Assembly (NCBI RefSeq): GCF_053078305.1
Contig: NZ_CP166879.1
Strand: one strand, 5' to 3'
DNA: 64,000 bases
Part shown: positions 43,800-54,030 of the stretch, piece by piece
Position numbering within the stretch: position 1 is the first letter of the stretch
Layout: each line of letters begins with the position of its first letter
Made by a program: the position numbers and the translations under genes
Notes under the pieces: model-generated
What the model saw: the letters and a program-made list of their open reading frames with translations, nothing else
What the model was told of the DNA's origin: nothing
Database searches by the model: none

Positions 43800-43994
43800 C
43801 TATTTGTTAGTGAATAAAAGGTTGCCTGTAAAATTACAAAAACCTTACGCAGCGTCAAGCGGAATCGTGTCAATCATTGCGACAAATCAATCCTGTGCCT
43901 AAGCATTACGCGACTGACTCGCCTCACTCTTCCTTTGGGCTTGAGACCACATGGGGTCGGCGCCCCGAATTTTAAAGGGCAATTACGATAAAAA

Positions 43995-44009
43995 TGTGAT
44001 TTTCATCAC
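43995..44009. promoter_or_regulatory. Near-consensus CRP-type palindrome in the gapA-msrB divergent region
   Basis: TGTGA-TTTTCA-TCACG against consensus TGTGA-N6-TCACA. Confidence 0.45.
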
Positions 44010-44128
44010 GATTTAGGTGCAGCCATTTCGTCGAGATCAAGTTTAGGACAAAATTTTGCCAGTTGGTGTTAATGTTTTGTTAGAATCAGTCACGTAATGT
44101 GAGCACGATTAAAGTGAGATGTGAGCAA

Positions 44129-44542
44129 ATGGCTAATAAACCTTCGGCAGAAGAACTGAAAAAAAATTTGTCCGAGATGCAGTTTTACGTGACGCAGAAT
44201 CATGGGACAGAGCCGCCATTTACGGGTCGTTTACTCCATAACAAGCGTGACGGCGTATATCACTGTTTGATCTGCGATGCCCCGCTGTTTCATTCCCAAA
44301 CCAAGTATGATTCCGGCTGTGGCTGGCCCAGTTTCTACGAACCGGTGAGTGAAGAATCCATTCGTTATATCAAAGACTTGTCACATGGAATGCAGCGCAT
44401 AGAAATTCGTTGCGGTAACTGTGATGCCCATCTGGGGCATGTCTTCCCTGACGGGCCGCAGCCAACGGGCGAACGTTATTGTGTTAACTCTGCTTCTTTA
44501 CGCTTCACTGATGGTGAAAACGGCGAAGAAATCAACGGTTGA
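44129..44542 (+). CDS. msrB: Peptide methionine sulfoxide reductase MsrB
   Basis: 137 aa from ATG 44129; two CxxC zinc pairs ([21 protein letters not shown]). Confidence 0.95.
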
Positions 44543-44583
44543 AAAAACGATTCAGCAACTTATTCCACAGGAGCGGAAAAATT

Positions 44584-44856
44584 ATGAATCTTGATGACAT
44601 TATCAACAGCATGACGCCTGAGGTATACCAGCGTTTGTCGACCGCTGTTGAACTGGGGAAATGGCCTGATGGCGTTGCGTTGACCGAGGAACAAAAAGAG
44701 AACTGCCTGCAACTGGTAATGCTGTGGCAAGCCCGCAATAATACCGAAGCACAGCATATGACAATTGACACAAATGGTCAGATGGTCATGAAGAGCAAAC
44801 AGCAGTTAAAAGAAGATTTTGGTATCTCAGCAAAGCCTATTGCCATGTTTAAGTAA
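44584..44856 (+). CDS. yeaC: DUF1315 protein YeaC
   Basis: 90 aa from ATG 44584 with GGAG Shine-Dalgarno; track ORF is 15 codons longer. Confidence 0.85.
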   Translation: MNLDDIINSMTPEVYQRLSTAVELGKWPDGVALTEEQKENCLQLVMLWQARNNTEAQHMTIDTNGQMVMKSKQQLKEDFGISAKPIAMFK

Positions 44857-45225
44857 GTGGTTCATCCCCTTTTTGCCGCGGCTATGAAGGGGATAGCCAA
44901 CAATGACCCCACGACTCATCTCAATTATCTCGCCATGACCTGGCTAAGTCCCAGTCCGATCTCTTGCCGTCGCGTTCACGCCTGAATGACTTCTCCTGAA
45001 CTTAAGTCTCAGACCTATTTGGCCGGTAATCCCTCTCAAATTTGCTCCTTTTGCGTTCCGCCTTCCATCAACCTGTAACAGAACCAGCCATTTTTTGCGT
45101 AATTGTGATCTGAGTTGTAAAACGCAGATCATTATCTGTGTTTTACAGATTTAATGTTGACCTCAAAAATCATGTGGGTAAGTATGATGACCATCTAAGC
45201 AAAACAAAACACAGAGGATGACGCA

Positions 45226-46302
45226 ATGAAAGCACTGGCTCGGTTTGGCAAGGCCTTTGGCAGCTACAAGATGATTGATGTCCCACAACCCATGTGTGGC
45301 CCGGAAGATGTAGTGATTGAAATTAAAGCCGCGGCAATCTGCGGCGCAGACATGAAGCACTACAATGTCGATAGCGGTTCTGATGAGTTTAACTCTATCC
45401 GCGGCCATGAGTTCGCAGGTTGTATTGCGCAGGTTGGTGAAAAAGTCAAAGACTGGAAAGTGGGGCAACGCGTCGTGTCGGATAACAGCGGTCACGTTTG
45501 CGGCGTTTGTCCGGCCTGTGAACAGGGTGATTTTCTGTGTTGTACAGAAAAAGTAAACCTTGGTCTGGATAACAATACCTGGGGCGGTGGTTTTTCCAAA
45601 TATTGTCTGGTTCCTGGTGAAATTCTCAAAATTCATCGTCATGCCTTGTGGGAAATCCCTGATGGTGTTGATTATGAGGACGCAGCCGTACTTGACCCTA
45701 TCTGTAATGCCTACAAATCCATCGCGCAGCAATCGAAATTCCTTCCTGGTCAGGATGTGGTCGTCATCGGCACTGGCCCACTCGGGTTGTTCTCCGTACA
45801 AATGGCGCGGATTATGGGGGCGGTAAATATCGTCGTCGTTGGTCTGCAAGAAGATGTGGCGGTCCGCTTCCCGGTTGCAAAAGAACTGGGTGCGACGGCA
45901 GTAGTAAATGGTTCTACCGAAAATGTGGTGGCGCGCTGCCAGCAAATATGTGGCAAAGACAATCTGGGACTGGTGATTGAATGCTCCGGTGCCAATATCG
46001 CATTGAAACAAGCCATCGAAATGCTCCGCCCGAACGGGGAAGTGGTACGCGTTGGAATGGGCTTCAAACCTCTTGATTTCTCGATTAATGACATTACCGC
46101 CTGGAACAAAAGCATCATTGGGCATATGGCCTATGACTCAACCTCATGGCGTAACGCTATCAGGCTATTAGCCAGCGGCGCTATCAAAGTCAAACCGATG
46201 ATCACGCATCGTATCGGCCTGTCGCAATGGCGCGAAGGGTTTGATGCGATGGTCGATAAAACCGCAATCAAAGTGATCATGACTTACGACTTTGATGAAT
46301 AA
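45226..46302 (+). CDS. ydjL: Zinc-dependent medium-chain dehydrogenase YdjL
   Basis: 358-aa ORF, MDR/sorbitol-dehydrogenase-like sequence. Confidence 0.9.
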   Translation: MKALARFGKAFGSYKMIDVPQPMCGPEDVVIEIKAAAICGADMKHYNVDSGSDEFNSIRGHEFAGCIAQVGEKVKDWKVGQRVVSDNSGHVCGVCPACEQGDFLCCTEKVNLGLDNNTWGGGFSKYCLVPGEILKIHRHALWEIPDGVDYEDAAVLDPICNAYKSIAQQSKFLPGQDVVVIGTGPLGLFSVQMARIMGAVNIVVVGLQEDVAVRFPVAKELGATAVVNGSTENVVARCQQICGKDNLGLVIECSGANIALKQAIEMLRPNGEVVRVGMGFKPLDFSINDITAWNKSIIGHMAYDSTSWRNAIRLLASGAIKVKPMITHRIGLSQWREGFDAMVDKTAIKVIMTYDFDE

Positions 46303-46328
46303 CAACTTTCCTGAAGGAACGTTATCGC

Positions 46329-47708
46329 ATGGAACAGATAACAAAACCGCATTGTGGTGCACGGCTGGATCGCTTACCGGATTGCCGCTGGCATTCATCA
46401 ATGTTTGCCATCGTCGCGTTTGGCTTGCTTGTCTGCTGGAGTAATGCCGTTGGTGGCTTGATCCTCGCGCAGCTGAAAGCGTTGGGCTGGACAGATAATT
46501 CCACCACAGCCACATTCTCAGCAATCACGACCGCCGGAATGTTTCTCGGTGCGCTGGTGGGCGGCATCATTGGCGACAAAACCGGTCGCAGAAATGCGTT
46601 CATCCTCTATGAGGCCATTCATATTGCCTCGATGGTTGTCGGTGCTTTCTCACCGAATATGGATTTCCTTATTGCCTGCCGTTTTGTGATGGGAGTTGGG
46701 CTGGGAGCTTTACTGGTTACGCTGTTTGCTGGTTTCACCGAATATATGCCCGGTAGAAATCGTGGAACGTGGTCAAGTCGGGTTTCCTTTATTGGCAACT
46801 GGTCATATCCGCTCTGTTCATTGATAGCGATGGGACTCACGCCGCTGATTAGTGCAGAGTGGAACTGGCGGGTACAACTGCTTATCCCTGCAATATTGTC
46901 GCTTATCGCTACGGCGCTGGCCTGGCGCTACTTTCCTGAATCCCCGCGCTGGCTGGAATCGCGCGGACGGTATCAGGAAGCCGAGAAAGTCATGCGGAGT
47001 ATAGAAGAAGGCGTCATACGCCAGACAGGTAAACCTTTGCCGCCCGTGGTTATTGCTGATGACGGTAAAGCACCACAAGCGGTGCCATATTCAGCCTTAC
47101 TGACAGGAGTATTACTGAAACGCGTGATATTAGGCTCTTGTGTGCTGATTGCCATGAACGTTGTGCAGTACACACTAATTAACTGGTTGCCAACGATATT
47201 CATGACCCAGGGGATTAATTTAAAAGACTCGATTGTTTTAAATACCATGAGTATGTTTGGCGCGCCATTTGGCATTTTTATTGCCATGCTGGTGATGGAT
47301 AAAATTCCGCGTAAAACAATGGGTGTGGGGCTATTAATCCTGATTGCGGTGCTCGGATATATCTATTCACTGCAAACCAGCATGTTGCTCATAACGTTGA
47401 TTGGTTTCTTCCTGATTACTTTCGTCTATATGTACGTTTGCTATGCCTCGGCAGTGTATGTCCCTGAGATCTGGCCGACAGAGGCCAAACTCCGTGGCTC
47501 CGGTCTGGCGAATGCGGTAGGGCGAGTCAGTGGTATTGCCGCACCTTATGCCGTTGCAGTGCTGCTCAGTAGTTATGGCGTTACGGGAGTCTTTATTCTT
47601 CTGGGGGCGGTTTCAATTATTGTCGCAATTGCTATCGCCACCATTGGAATCGAAACCAAAGGTGTCTCCGTTGAAAGTTTAAGTATTGATGCAGTAGCCA
47701 ATAAATAA
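46329..47708 (+). CDS. ydjK: MFS sugar-type transporter YdjK
   Basis: 459-aa polytopic ORF. Confidence 0.9.
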   Translation: MEQITKPHCGARLDRLPDCRWHSSMFAIVAFGLLVCWSNAVGGLILAQLKALGWTDNSTTATFSAITTAGMFLGALVGGIIGDKTGRRNAFILYEAIHIASMVVGAFSPNMDFLIACRFVMGVGLGALLVTLFAGFTEYMPGRNRGTWSSRVSFIGNWSYPLCSLIAMGLTPLISAEWNWRVQLLIPAILSLIATALAWRYFPESPRWLESRGRYQEAEKVMRSIEEGVIRQTGKPLPPVVIADDGKAPQAVPYSALLTGVLLKRVILGSCVLIAMNVVQYTLINWLPTIFMTQGINLKDSIVLNTMSMFGAPFGIFIAMLVMDKIPRKTMGVGLLILIAVLGYIYSLQTSMLLITLIGFFLITFVYMYVCYASAVYVPEIWPTEAKLRGSGLANAVGRVSGIAAPYAVAVLLSSYGVTGVFILLGAVSIIVAIAIATIGIETKGVSVESLSIDAVANK

Positions 47709-47724
47709 TACGGGTGGATTCAAA

Positions 47725-48768
47725 ATGAAAAATTCAAAAGCAATATTGCAGGTGCCGGGCACAATGAAAATTATTTCAGCAGAAATACCAGTGCCTAAAG
47801 AAGATGAAGTTTTGATTAAAGTAGAATATGTCGGTATTTGTGGTTCAGATGTACATGGTTTTGAATCAGGTCCGTTTATTCCGCCTAAAGACCCAAATCA
47901 AGAAATTGGCCTGGGTCATGAATGCGCCGGGACGGTTGTGGCTGTGGGAAGCCGCGTGCGCAAATTTAAACCGGGGGATCGGGTAAATATCGAACCTGGC
48001 GTTCCTTGCGGTCACTGTCGTTACTGTCTGGAAGGCAAATATAACATCTGCCCGGACGTTGATTTTATGGCGACACAACCCAACTACCGCGGCGCATTAA
48101 CGCACTATCTGTGTCATCCGGAGAGCTTTACTTACAAACTGCCCGACAATATGGACACGATGGAAGGGGCGCTGGTGGAGCCTGCCGCAGTCGGGATGCA
48201 TGCCGCGATGCTGGCAGATGTTAAACCGGGTAAGAAGATAATTATTCTGGGAGCGGGTTGTATTGGTTTGATGACGTTGCAAGCGTGCAAATGCCTGGGA
48301 GCAACGGAAATTGCCGTCGTTGATGTGCTGGAAAAACGTCTGACAATGGCGGAACAGCTTGGTGCGACAGTGGTTATTAACGGCGCAAAAGAAGACACTA
48401 TTGCACGCTGTCAGCAATTTACCGAAGACATGGGCGCAGATATTGTTTTCGAAACAGCGGGTTCTGCGGTCACCGTTAAACAGGCACCTTATCTGGTAAT
48501 GCGCGGCGGTAAAATTATGATTGTTGGTACTGTACCCGGCGATTCGGCAATCAATTTCCTCAAAATCAATCGCGAAGTCACTATCCAGACGGTATTCCGC
48601 TATGCCAATCGTTATCCGGTCACGATTGAAGCTATTTCTTCAGGGCGATTCGATGTGAAATCGATGGTGACACATATTTACGATTACCGTGATGTACAAC
48701 AGGCATTTGAAGAGTCGGTTAACAACAAACGCGACATTATTAAAGGCGTTATTAAAATTAGCGATTAA
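47725..48768 (+). CDS. ydjJ: Zinc-dependent medium-chain dehydrogenase YdjJ
   Basis: 347-aa ORF, MDR family with structural-zinc Cys cluster CGHCRYC. Confidence 0.9.
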   Translation: MKNSKAILQVPGTMKIISAEIPVPKEDEVLIKVEYVGICGSDVHGFESGPFIPPKDPNQEIGLGHECAGTVVAVGSRVRKFKPGDRVNIEPGVPCGHCRYCLEGKYNICPDVDFMATQPNYRGALTHYLCHPESFTYKLPDNMDTMEGALVEPAAVGMHAAMLADVKPGKKIIILGAGCIGLMTLQACKCLGATEIAVVDVLEKRLTMAEQLGATVVINGAKEDTIARCQQFTEDMGADIVFETAGSAVTVKQAPYLVMRGGKIMIVGTVPGDSAINFLKINREVTIQTVFRYANRYPVTIEAISSGRFDVKSMVTHIYDYRDVQQAFEESVNNKRDIIKGVIKISD

Positions 48769-48788
48769 TTAATACGGGAGAACAGAAC

Positions 48789-49625
48789 ATGCTCGCAGAT
48801 ATCAGATATTGGGAAAACGATGCCACAAATAAACATTATGCAATTGCCCATTTTAACGTATGGAATGCAGAAATGTTGATGGGCGTTATCGACGCAGCCG
48901 AAGAAGCGAAATCCCCGGTTATTATTTCTTTTGGTACAGGTTTTGTCGGCAACACCTCATTTGAAGATTTCTCTCACATGATGGTATCAATGGCACGAAA
49001 AGCAACTGTGCCGGTAATAACTCATTGGGATCATGGTCGGAGTATGGAGATTATTCATAACGCCTGGACTCATGGTATGAATTCATTAATGCGTGATGCT
49101 TCCGCATTTGATTTCGAAGAAAATATTCGTTTAACCAAAGAGGCTGTTGATTTCTTCCATCCGCTGGGTATTCCGGTAGAGGCGGAATTAGGGCATGTCG
49201 GTAATGAAACCGTTTATGAGGAAGCTCTGGCGGGCTATCACTATACCGATCCTGACCAGGCGGCTGAATTTGTTGAACGTACGGGCTGTGACTCATTGGC
49301 TGTCGCCATCGGCAACCAGCATGGGGTTTATACGTCAGAGCCACAATTGAACTTTGAGGTCGTCAAACGCGTACGCGATGCCGTGTCTGTTCCGCTGGTT
49401 TTGCATGGCGCATCGGGGATCAGTGATGCCGACATTAAAACTGCAATTTCGTTAGGTATCGCGAAAATCAACATCCATACGGAGCTCTGTCAGGCCGCAA
49501 TGGTCGCAGTGAAAGAAAACCAGGATCAGCCTTTCCTGCATTTAGAACGTGAAGTACGTAAAGCTGTAAAAGAACGGGCATTGGAAAAAATTAAACTGTT
49601 CGGTTCTGATGGCAAAGCGGAATAA
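48789..49625 (+). CDS. ydjI: Class II ketose-bisphosphate aldolase family protein YdjI
   Basis: 278-aa ORF, aldolase family sequence. Confidence 0.9.
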   Translation: MLADIRYWENDATNKHYAIAHFNVWNAEMLMGVIDAAEEAKSPVIISFGTGFVGNTSFEDFSHMMVSMARKATVPVITHWDHGRSMEIIHNAWTHGMNSLMRDASAFDFEENIRLTKEAVDFFHPLGIPVEAELGHVGNETVYEEALAGYHYTDPDQAAEFVERTGCDSLAVAIGNQHGVYTSEPQLNFEVVKRVRDAVSVPLVLHGASGISDADIKTAISLGIAKINIHTELCQAAMVAVKENQDQPFLHLEREVRKAVKERALEKIKLFGSDGKAE

Positions 49626-49629
49626 TGAT

Positions 49630-50577
49630 ATGGATAATCTCGACGTTATTTGTATAGGTGCCGCTATTGTTGATATTCCATTGCAACCGGTCAGTAAAAA
49701 TATCTTTGATGTGGATTCTTATCCTCTTGAAAGAATCGCAATGACCACCGGGGGTGATGCAATAAATGAAGCAACAATTATTTCTCGTCTGGGCCATCGT
49801 ACAGCATTAATGAGTCGTGTTGGTAAAGATGCCGCAGGACAATTTATTCTCGACCATTGCCGCAAAGAGAATATTGATATTCAAAGCCTGAAACAGGACG
49901 TCAGCATAGATACCTCTATTAACGTTGGACTGGTGACGGAGGATGGCGAGCGGACGTTTGTCACAAACCGTAACGGCAGTCTGTGGAAATTGAATATTGA
50001 CGATGTTGATTTTTCGCGGTTTTCTCAGGCGAAATTATTATCACTGGCCAGTATTTTCAACAGTCCTCTATTGGATGGTAGAGCGCTAACAGAAATTTTT
50101 ACGCAAGCTAAAGCCCGGCAGATGATTATCTGTGCCGATATGATCAAACCGCGGTTGAATGAAACGCTGGATGATATTTGCGAAGCATTGAGTTATGTCG
50201 ATTATCTGTTTCCTAATTTTGCCGAGGCAAAATTACTCACCGGGAAAGAGAGACTGGATGAAATTGCTGACTGCTTTCTTGCGTGCGGCGTAAAAACGGT
50301 GGTGATTAAAACGGGTAAAGACGGCTGCTTTATCAAGCGTGGTGACATGACGATAAAGGTGCCAGCGGTCGCAGGAATAACCGCCATCGACACCATTGGC
50401 GCGGGCGATAACTTTGCTTCAGGTTTTATTGCGGCACTGTTAGAAGGCAAAAATCTGCGTGAATGCGCACGCTTTGCCAATGCAACGGCGGCTATCTCAG
50501 TTCTAAGCGTCGGTGCCACCACCGGTGTAAAAAACAGAAAGCTGGTCGAACAATTGCTGGAAGAATACGAAGGATAA
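49630..50577 (+). CDS. ydjH: PfkB-family sugar kinase YdjH
   Basis: 315 aa from ATG 49630; GAGDNF motif. Confidence 0.9.
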   Translation: MDNLDVICIGAAIVDIPLQPVSKNIFDVDSYPLERIAMTTGGDAINEATIISRLGHRTALMSRVGKDAAGQFILDHCRKENIDIQSLKQDVSIDTSINVGLVTEDGERTFVTNRNGSLWKLNIDDVDFSRFSQAKLLSLASIFNSPLLDGRALTEIFTQAKARQMIICADMIKPRLNETLDDICEALSYVDYLFPNFAEAKLLTGKERLDEIADCFLACGVKTVVIKTGKDGCFIKRGDMTIKVPAVAGITAIDTIGAGDNFASGFIAALLEGKNLRECARFANATAAISVLSVGATTGVKNRKLVEQLLEEYEG

Positions 50578-50586
50578 TGAAGGCAA

Positions 50587-51567
50587 ATGAAAAAGATACC
50601 TTTAGGCACAACGGATATAACGCTTTCGCGAATGGGTTTGGGGACATGGGCCATTGGCGGCGGTCCTGCATGGAATGGCGATCTCGATCGGCAAATATGT
50701 ATTGATACGATTCTTGAAGCCCATCGTTGCGGCATTAATCTGATTGATACTGCACCAGGATATAACTTTGGCAATAGTGAAGTTATCGTCGGTCAGGCGT
50801 TAAAAAAACTGCCCCGTGAACAGGTTGTAGTAGAAACCAAATGCGGCATTGTCTGGGAACGAAAAGGAAGTTTATTCAACAAAGTTGGCGATCGGCAGTT
50901 GTATAAAAACCTTTCCCCGGAATCTATCCGCGAAGAGGTAGAAGCCAGCTTGCAACGTCTGGGTATTGATTACATCGATATCTACATGACGCACTGGCAG
51001 TCGGTGCCGCCATTTTATACGCCGATCGCTGAAACTGTCGCAGTGCTTAATGAGTTAAAGGCTGAAGGGAAAATTCGCGCTATAGGCGCTGCTAACGTCG
51101 ATGCTGACCATATCCGCGAGTATCTGCAATATGGTGAACTGGATATTATTCAGGCGAAATACAGTATCCTCGACCGGGCAATGGAAAACGAACTGCTGCC
51201 GCTATGTCGTGATAATGGCATTGTGGTTCAGGTTTATTCCCCGCTAGAGCAGGGATTGTTGACCGGCACCATCACTCGTGATTACGTTCCGGGCGGCGCT
51301 CGGGCAAATAAAGTCTGGTTCCAGCGTGAAAACATGCTGAAAGTGATTGATATGCTTGAACAGTGGCAGCCACTTTGTGCTCGTTATCAGTGCACAATTC
51401 CCACTCTGGCACTGGCGTGGATATTAAAACAGAGTGATTTAATCTCCATTCTTAGTGGGGCTACTGCACCGGAACAGGTACGCGAAAATGTCGCGGCACT
51501 GAATATCAACTTATCGGATGCAGACGCAACATTGATGAGGGAAATGGCAGAGGCCCTGGAGCGTTAA
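50587..51567 (+). CDS. ydjG: Aldo-keto reductase YdjG
   Basis: 326-aa ORF, AKR family sequence. Confidence 0.9.
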   Translation: MKKIPLGTTDITLSRMGLGTWAIGGGPAWNGDLDRQICIDTILEAHRCGINLIDTAPGYNFGNSEVIVGQALKKLPREQVVVETKCGIVWERKGSLFNKVGDRQLYKNLSPESIREEVEASLQRLGIDYIDIYMTHWQSVPPFYTPIAETVAVLNELKAEGKIRAIGAANVDADHIREYLQYGELDIIQAKYSILDRAMENELLPLCRDNGIVVQVYSPLEQGLLTGTITRDYVPGGARANKVWFQRENMLKVIDMLEQWQPLCARYQCTIPTLALAWILKQSDLISILSGATAPEQVRENVAALNINLSDADATLMREMAEALER

Positions 51568-51703
51568 ATACTCAACACGATTCACCTCTGTTTCTGTGAA
51601 AACTGTGATGAAAATCTGTGATTCAAACAGGTTATTTTGAAAGTAAACATCGGTTATGCGATAATCGCGCTAATGTGATGTAAAAAGATACAGGGGTGTA
51701 ATC

Positions 51704-52462
51704 GTGGCGGCAAAAGACAGGATTCAGGCAATTAAGCAAATGGTTGCCAACGATAAAAAGGTGACAGTCTCAAATTTGAGTGGGATTTTTCAGGTAACCG
51801 AAGAAACCATTCGCCGCGATCTTGAGAAGCTGGAAGATGAAGGCTTTTTGACCAGAACCTATGGTGGTGCTGTTTTAAATACAGCGATGTTGACGGAGAA
51901 TATCCATTTTTATAAGCGCGCTTCATCGTTTTATGAAGAGAAGCAGCTTATTGCACGCAAGGCACTACCCTTTATCGACAATAAAACCACCATGGCAGCC
52001 GATTCCAGTAGTACCGTAATGGAATTGCTCAAATTGTTACAGGACCGTAGTGACCTGACGTTGCTAACCAACTCGGCGGAAGCGATTCATGTTCTGGCTC
52101 AGTCAGAAATTAAAGTCGTTTCAACGGGTGGGGAACTAAACAAAAATACACTTTCACTGCAAGGAAGAATTACTAAAGAGATCATCAGCCGCTATCATGT
52201 CGATATCATGGTAATGAGTTGTAAAGGTCTTGATATTAACAGCGGCGCGCTGGACTCTAATGAAGCGGAAGCTGAAATCAAAAAGACAATGATCCGTCAG
52301 GCGACAGAAGTTGCGTTATTGGTTGATCACTCTAAGTTTGATCGCAAAGCTTTTGTCCAGTTAGCTGACTTTAGTCATATTAATTACATAATAACTGATA
52401 AATCACCGGGTGCAGAGTGGATAGCATTTTGCAAAGACAATAATATCCAGCTGGTGTGGTAA
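51704..52462 (+). CDS. ydjF: DeoR-family transcriptional regulator YdjF
   Basis: 252-aa ORF with GTG start, N-terminal HTH. Confidence 0.9.
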   Translation: MAAKDRIQAIKQMVANDKKVTVSNLSGIFQVTEETIRRDLEKLEDEGFLTRTYGGAVLNTAMLTENIHFYKRASSFYEEKQLIARKALPFIDNKTTMAADSSSTVMELLKLLQDRSDLTLLTNSAEAIHVLAQSEIKVVSTGGELNKNTLSLQGRITKEIISRYHVDIMVMSCKGLDINSGALDSNEAEAEIKKTMIRQATEVALLVDHSKFDRKAFVQLADFSHINYIITDKSPGAEWIAFCKDNNIQLVW

Positions 52463-52579
52463 TTTAAGCACACGTTGTCAATATTATTTGTTCCTGCGCC
52501 TGGAAATAAAATGATGATAAAGATGCGGCAAGTGAATTTGCCGCAATTGCTACCTTTTTTAGCAAATCCGAGGCACCCA

Positions 52580-53938
52580 ATGGAACAATATGATCAAATT
52601 GGCGCAAGACTGGACCGCTTGCCTTTGGCCCGGTTTCATTATCGTATATTTGGTATTATAAGCTTTAGTCTGTTATTAACAGGGTTTTTGAGTTACTCCG
52701 GTAATGTCGTCTTAGCAAAGCTGGTAAGCAATGGATGGTCAAATAATTTCCTCAATGCCGCCTTTACCTCGGCATTAATGTTTGGTTATTTCATCGGCTC
52801 TCTTACCGGTGGGTTCATCGGTGATTACTTTGGGCGGCGCAGGGCGTTTCGCATAAATCTTCTCATCGTCGGTATTGCTGCAACAGGGGCCACTTTTGTC
52901 CCTGATATGTACTGGCTCATCTTCTTTCGCTTCCTGATGGGAACAGGAATGGGTGCGCTGATTATGGTTGGCTATGCCTCATTTACGGAGTTTATCCCCG
53001 CGACGGTGCGTGGAAAATGGTCCGCGCGGCTCTCATTTGTTGGTAACTGGTCGCCCATGCTGTCTGCGGCGATAGGTGTGGTGGTTATCGCTTTTTTTAG
53101 TTGGCGGATAATGTTTCTGCTGGGTGGTATTGGCATACTGTTAGCCTGGTTTCTTTCAGGTAAATACTTTATTGAGTCGCCACGATGGCTGGCAGGGAAA
53201 GGGCAAATCGCAGGTGCAGAAAGCCAACTTCGTGAAGTAGAGCAGCAAATTGAAAGAGAGAAGAGTATTCGTTTACCCCCGCTTACTTCGTATCAGAGCA
53301 ACAGCAAGGTTAAAGTAATCAAGGGTACTTTCTGGCTCCTGTTTAAAGGTGAAATGTTACGACGTACATTAGTCGCGATTACTGTTTTAATTGCAATGAA
53401 CATTTCGCTTTATACCATCACCGTATGGATACCGACCATATTTGTTAACTCCGGCATTGATGTCGATAAATCAATATTAATGACCGCTGTTATTATGATT
53501 GGCGCTCCGGTAGGAATATTTATTGCGGCATTAATTATTGATCATTTTCCTCGTCGGTTATTTGGCTCCACCTTACTTATTATTATTGCCGTGTTAGGCT
53601 ATATCTATTCAATTCAGACTACAGAGTGGGCGATTTTAATCTATGGCCTGGTGATGATCTTCTTTTTATACATGTATGTTTGCTTCGCGTCGGCGGTTTA
53701 TATCCCGGAGCTTTGGCCAACGCATTTACGCCTGCGCGGTTCGGGTTTCGTTAATGCCGTCGGACGGATCGTCGCAGTCTTCACGCCCTATGGCGTTGCG
53801 GCATTATTAACACATTATGGGTCGATCACGGTGTTTATGGTACTTGGTGTCATGTTATTGCTCTGTGCGCTGGTTCTCTCCATTTTTGGCATCGAAACGC
53901 GGAAGGTGTCGTTGGAAGAGATTTCTGAGGTGAATTAA
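52580..53938 (+). CDS. ydjE: MFS transporter YdjE
   Basis: 452 aa from ATG 52580; track ORF has 35 extra codons. Confidence 0.85.
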   Translation: MEQYDQIGARLDRLPLARFHYRIFGIISFSLLLTGFLSYSGNVVLAKLVSNGWSNNFLNAAFTSALMFGYFIGSLTGGFIGDYFGRRRAFRINLLIVGIAATGATFVPDMYWLIFFRFLMGTGMGALIMVGYASFTEFIPATVRGKWSARLSFVGNWSPMLSAAIGVVVIAFFSWRIMFLLGGIGILLAWFLSGKYFIESPRWLAGKGQIAGAESQLREVEQQIEREKSIRLPPLTSYQSNSKVKVIKGTFWLLFKGEMLRRTLVAITVLIAMNISLYTITVWIPTIFVNSGIDVDKSILMTAVIMIGAPVGIFIAALIIDHFPRRLFGSTLLIIIAVLGYIYSIQTTEWAILIYGLVMIFFLYMYVCFASAVYIPELWPTHLRLRGSGFVNAVGRIVAVFTPYGVAALLTHYGSITVFMVLGVMLLLCALVLSIFGIETRKVSLEEISEVN

Positions 53939-53990
53939 ATCTTTCGTTGATGGCATCAATTGCCAGATGTGCCACTGACGTGTTTTATTT

Positions 53991-54021
53991 GGCCTACAAT
54001 GCCAGTACAGAATTGTAGGCC
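53991..54021. terminator. Inverted repeat between convergent ydjE and pncA
   Basis: GGCCTACAAT ... ATTGTAGGCC 10-bp arms, REP-like tail. Confidence 0.45.
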
Positions 54022-54030
54022 AGCGTAAAA

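Noticed and set aside
45163-46125. 320-aa ORF antisense to ydjL
   Set aside because: Embedded opposite ydjL; no ribosome-binding site.
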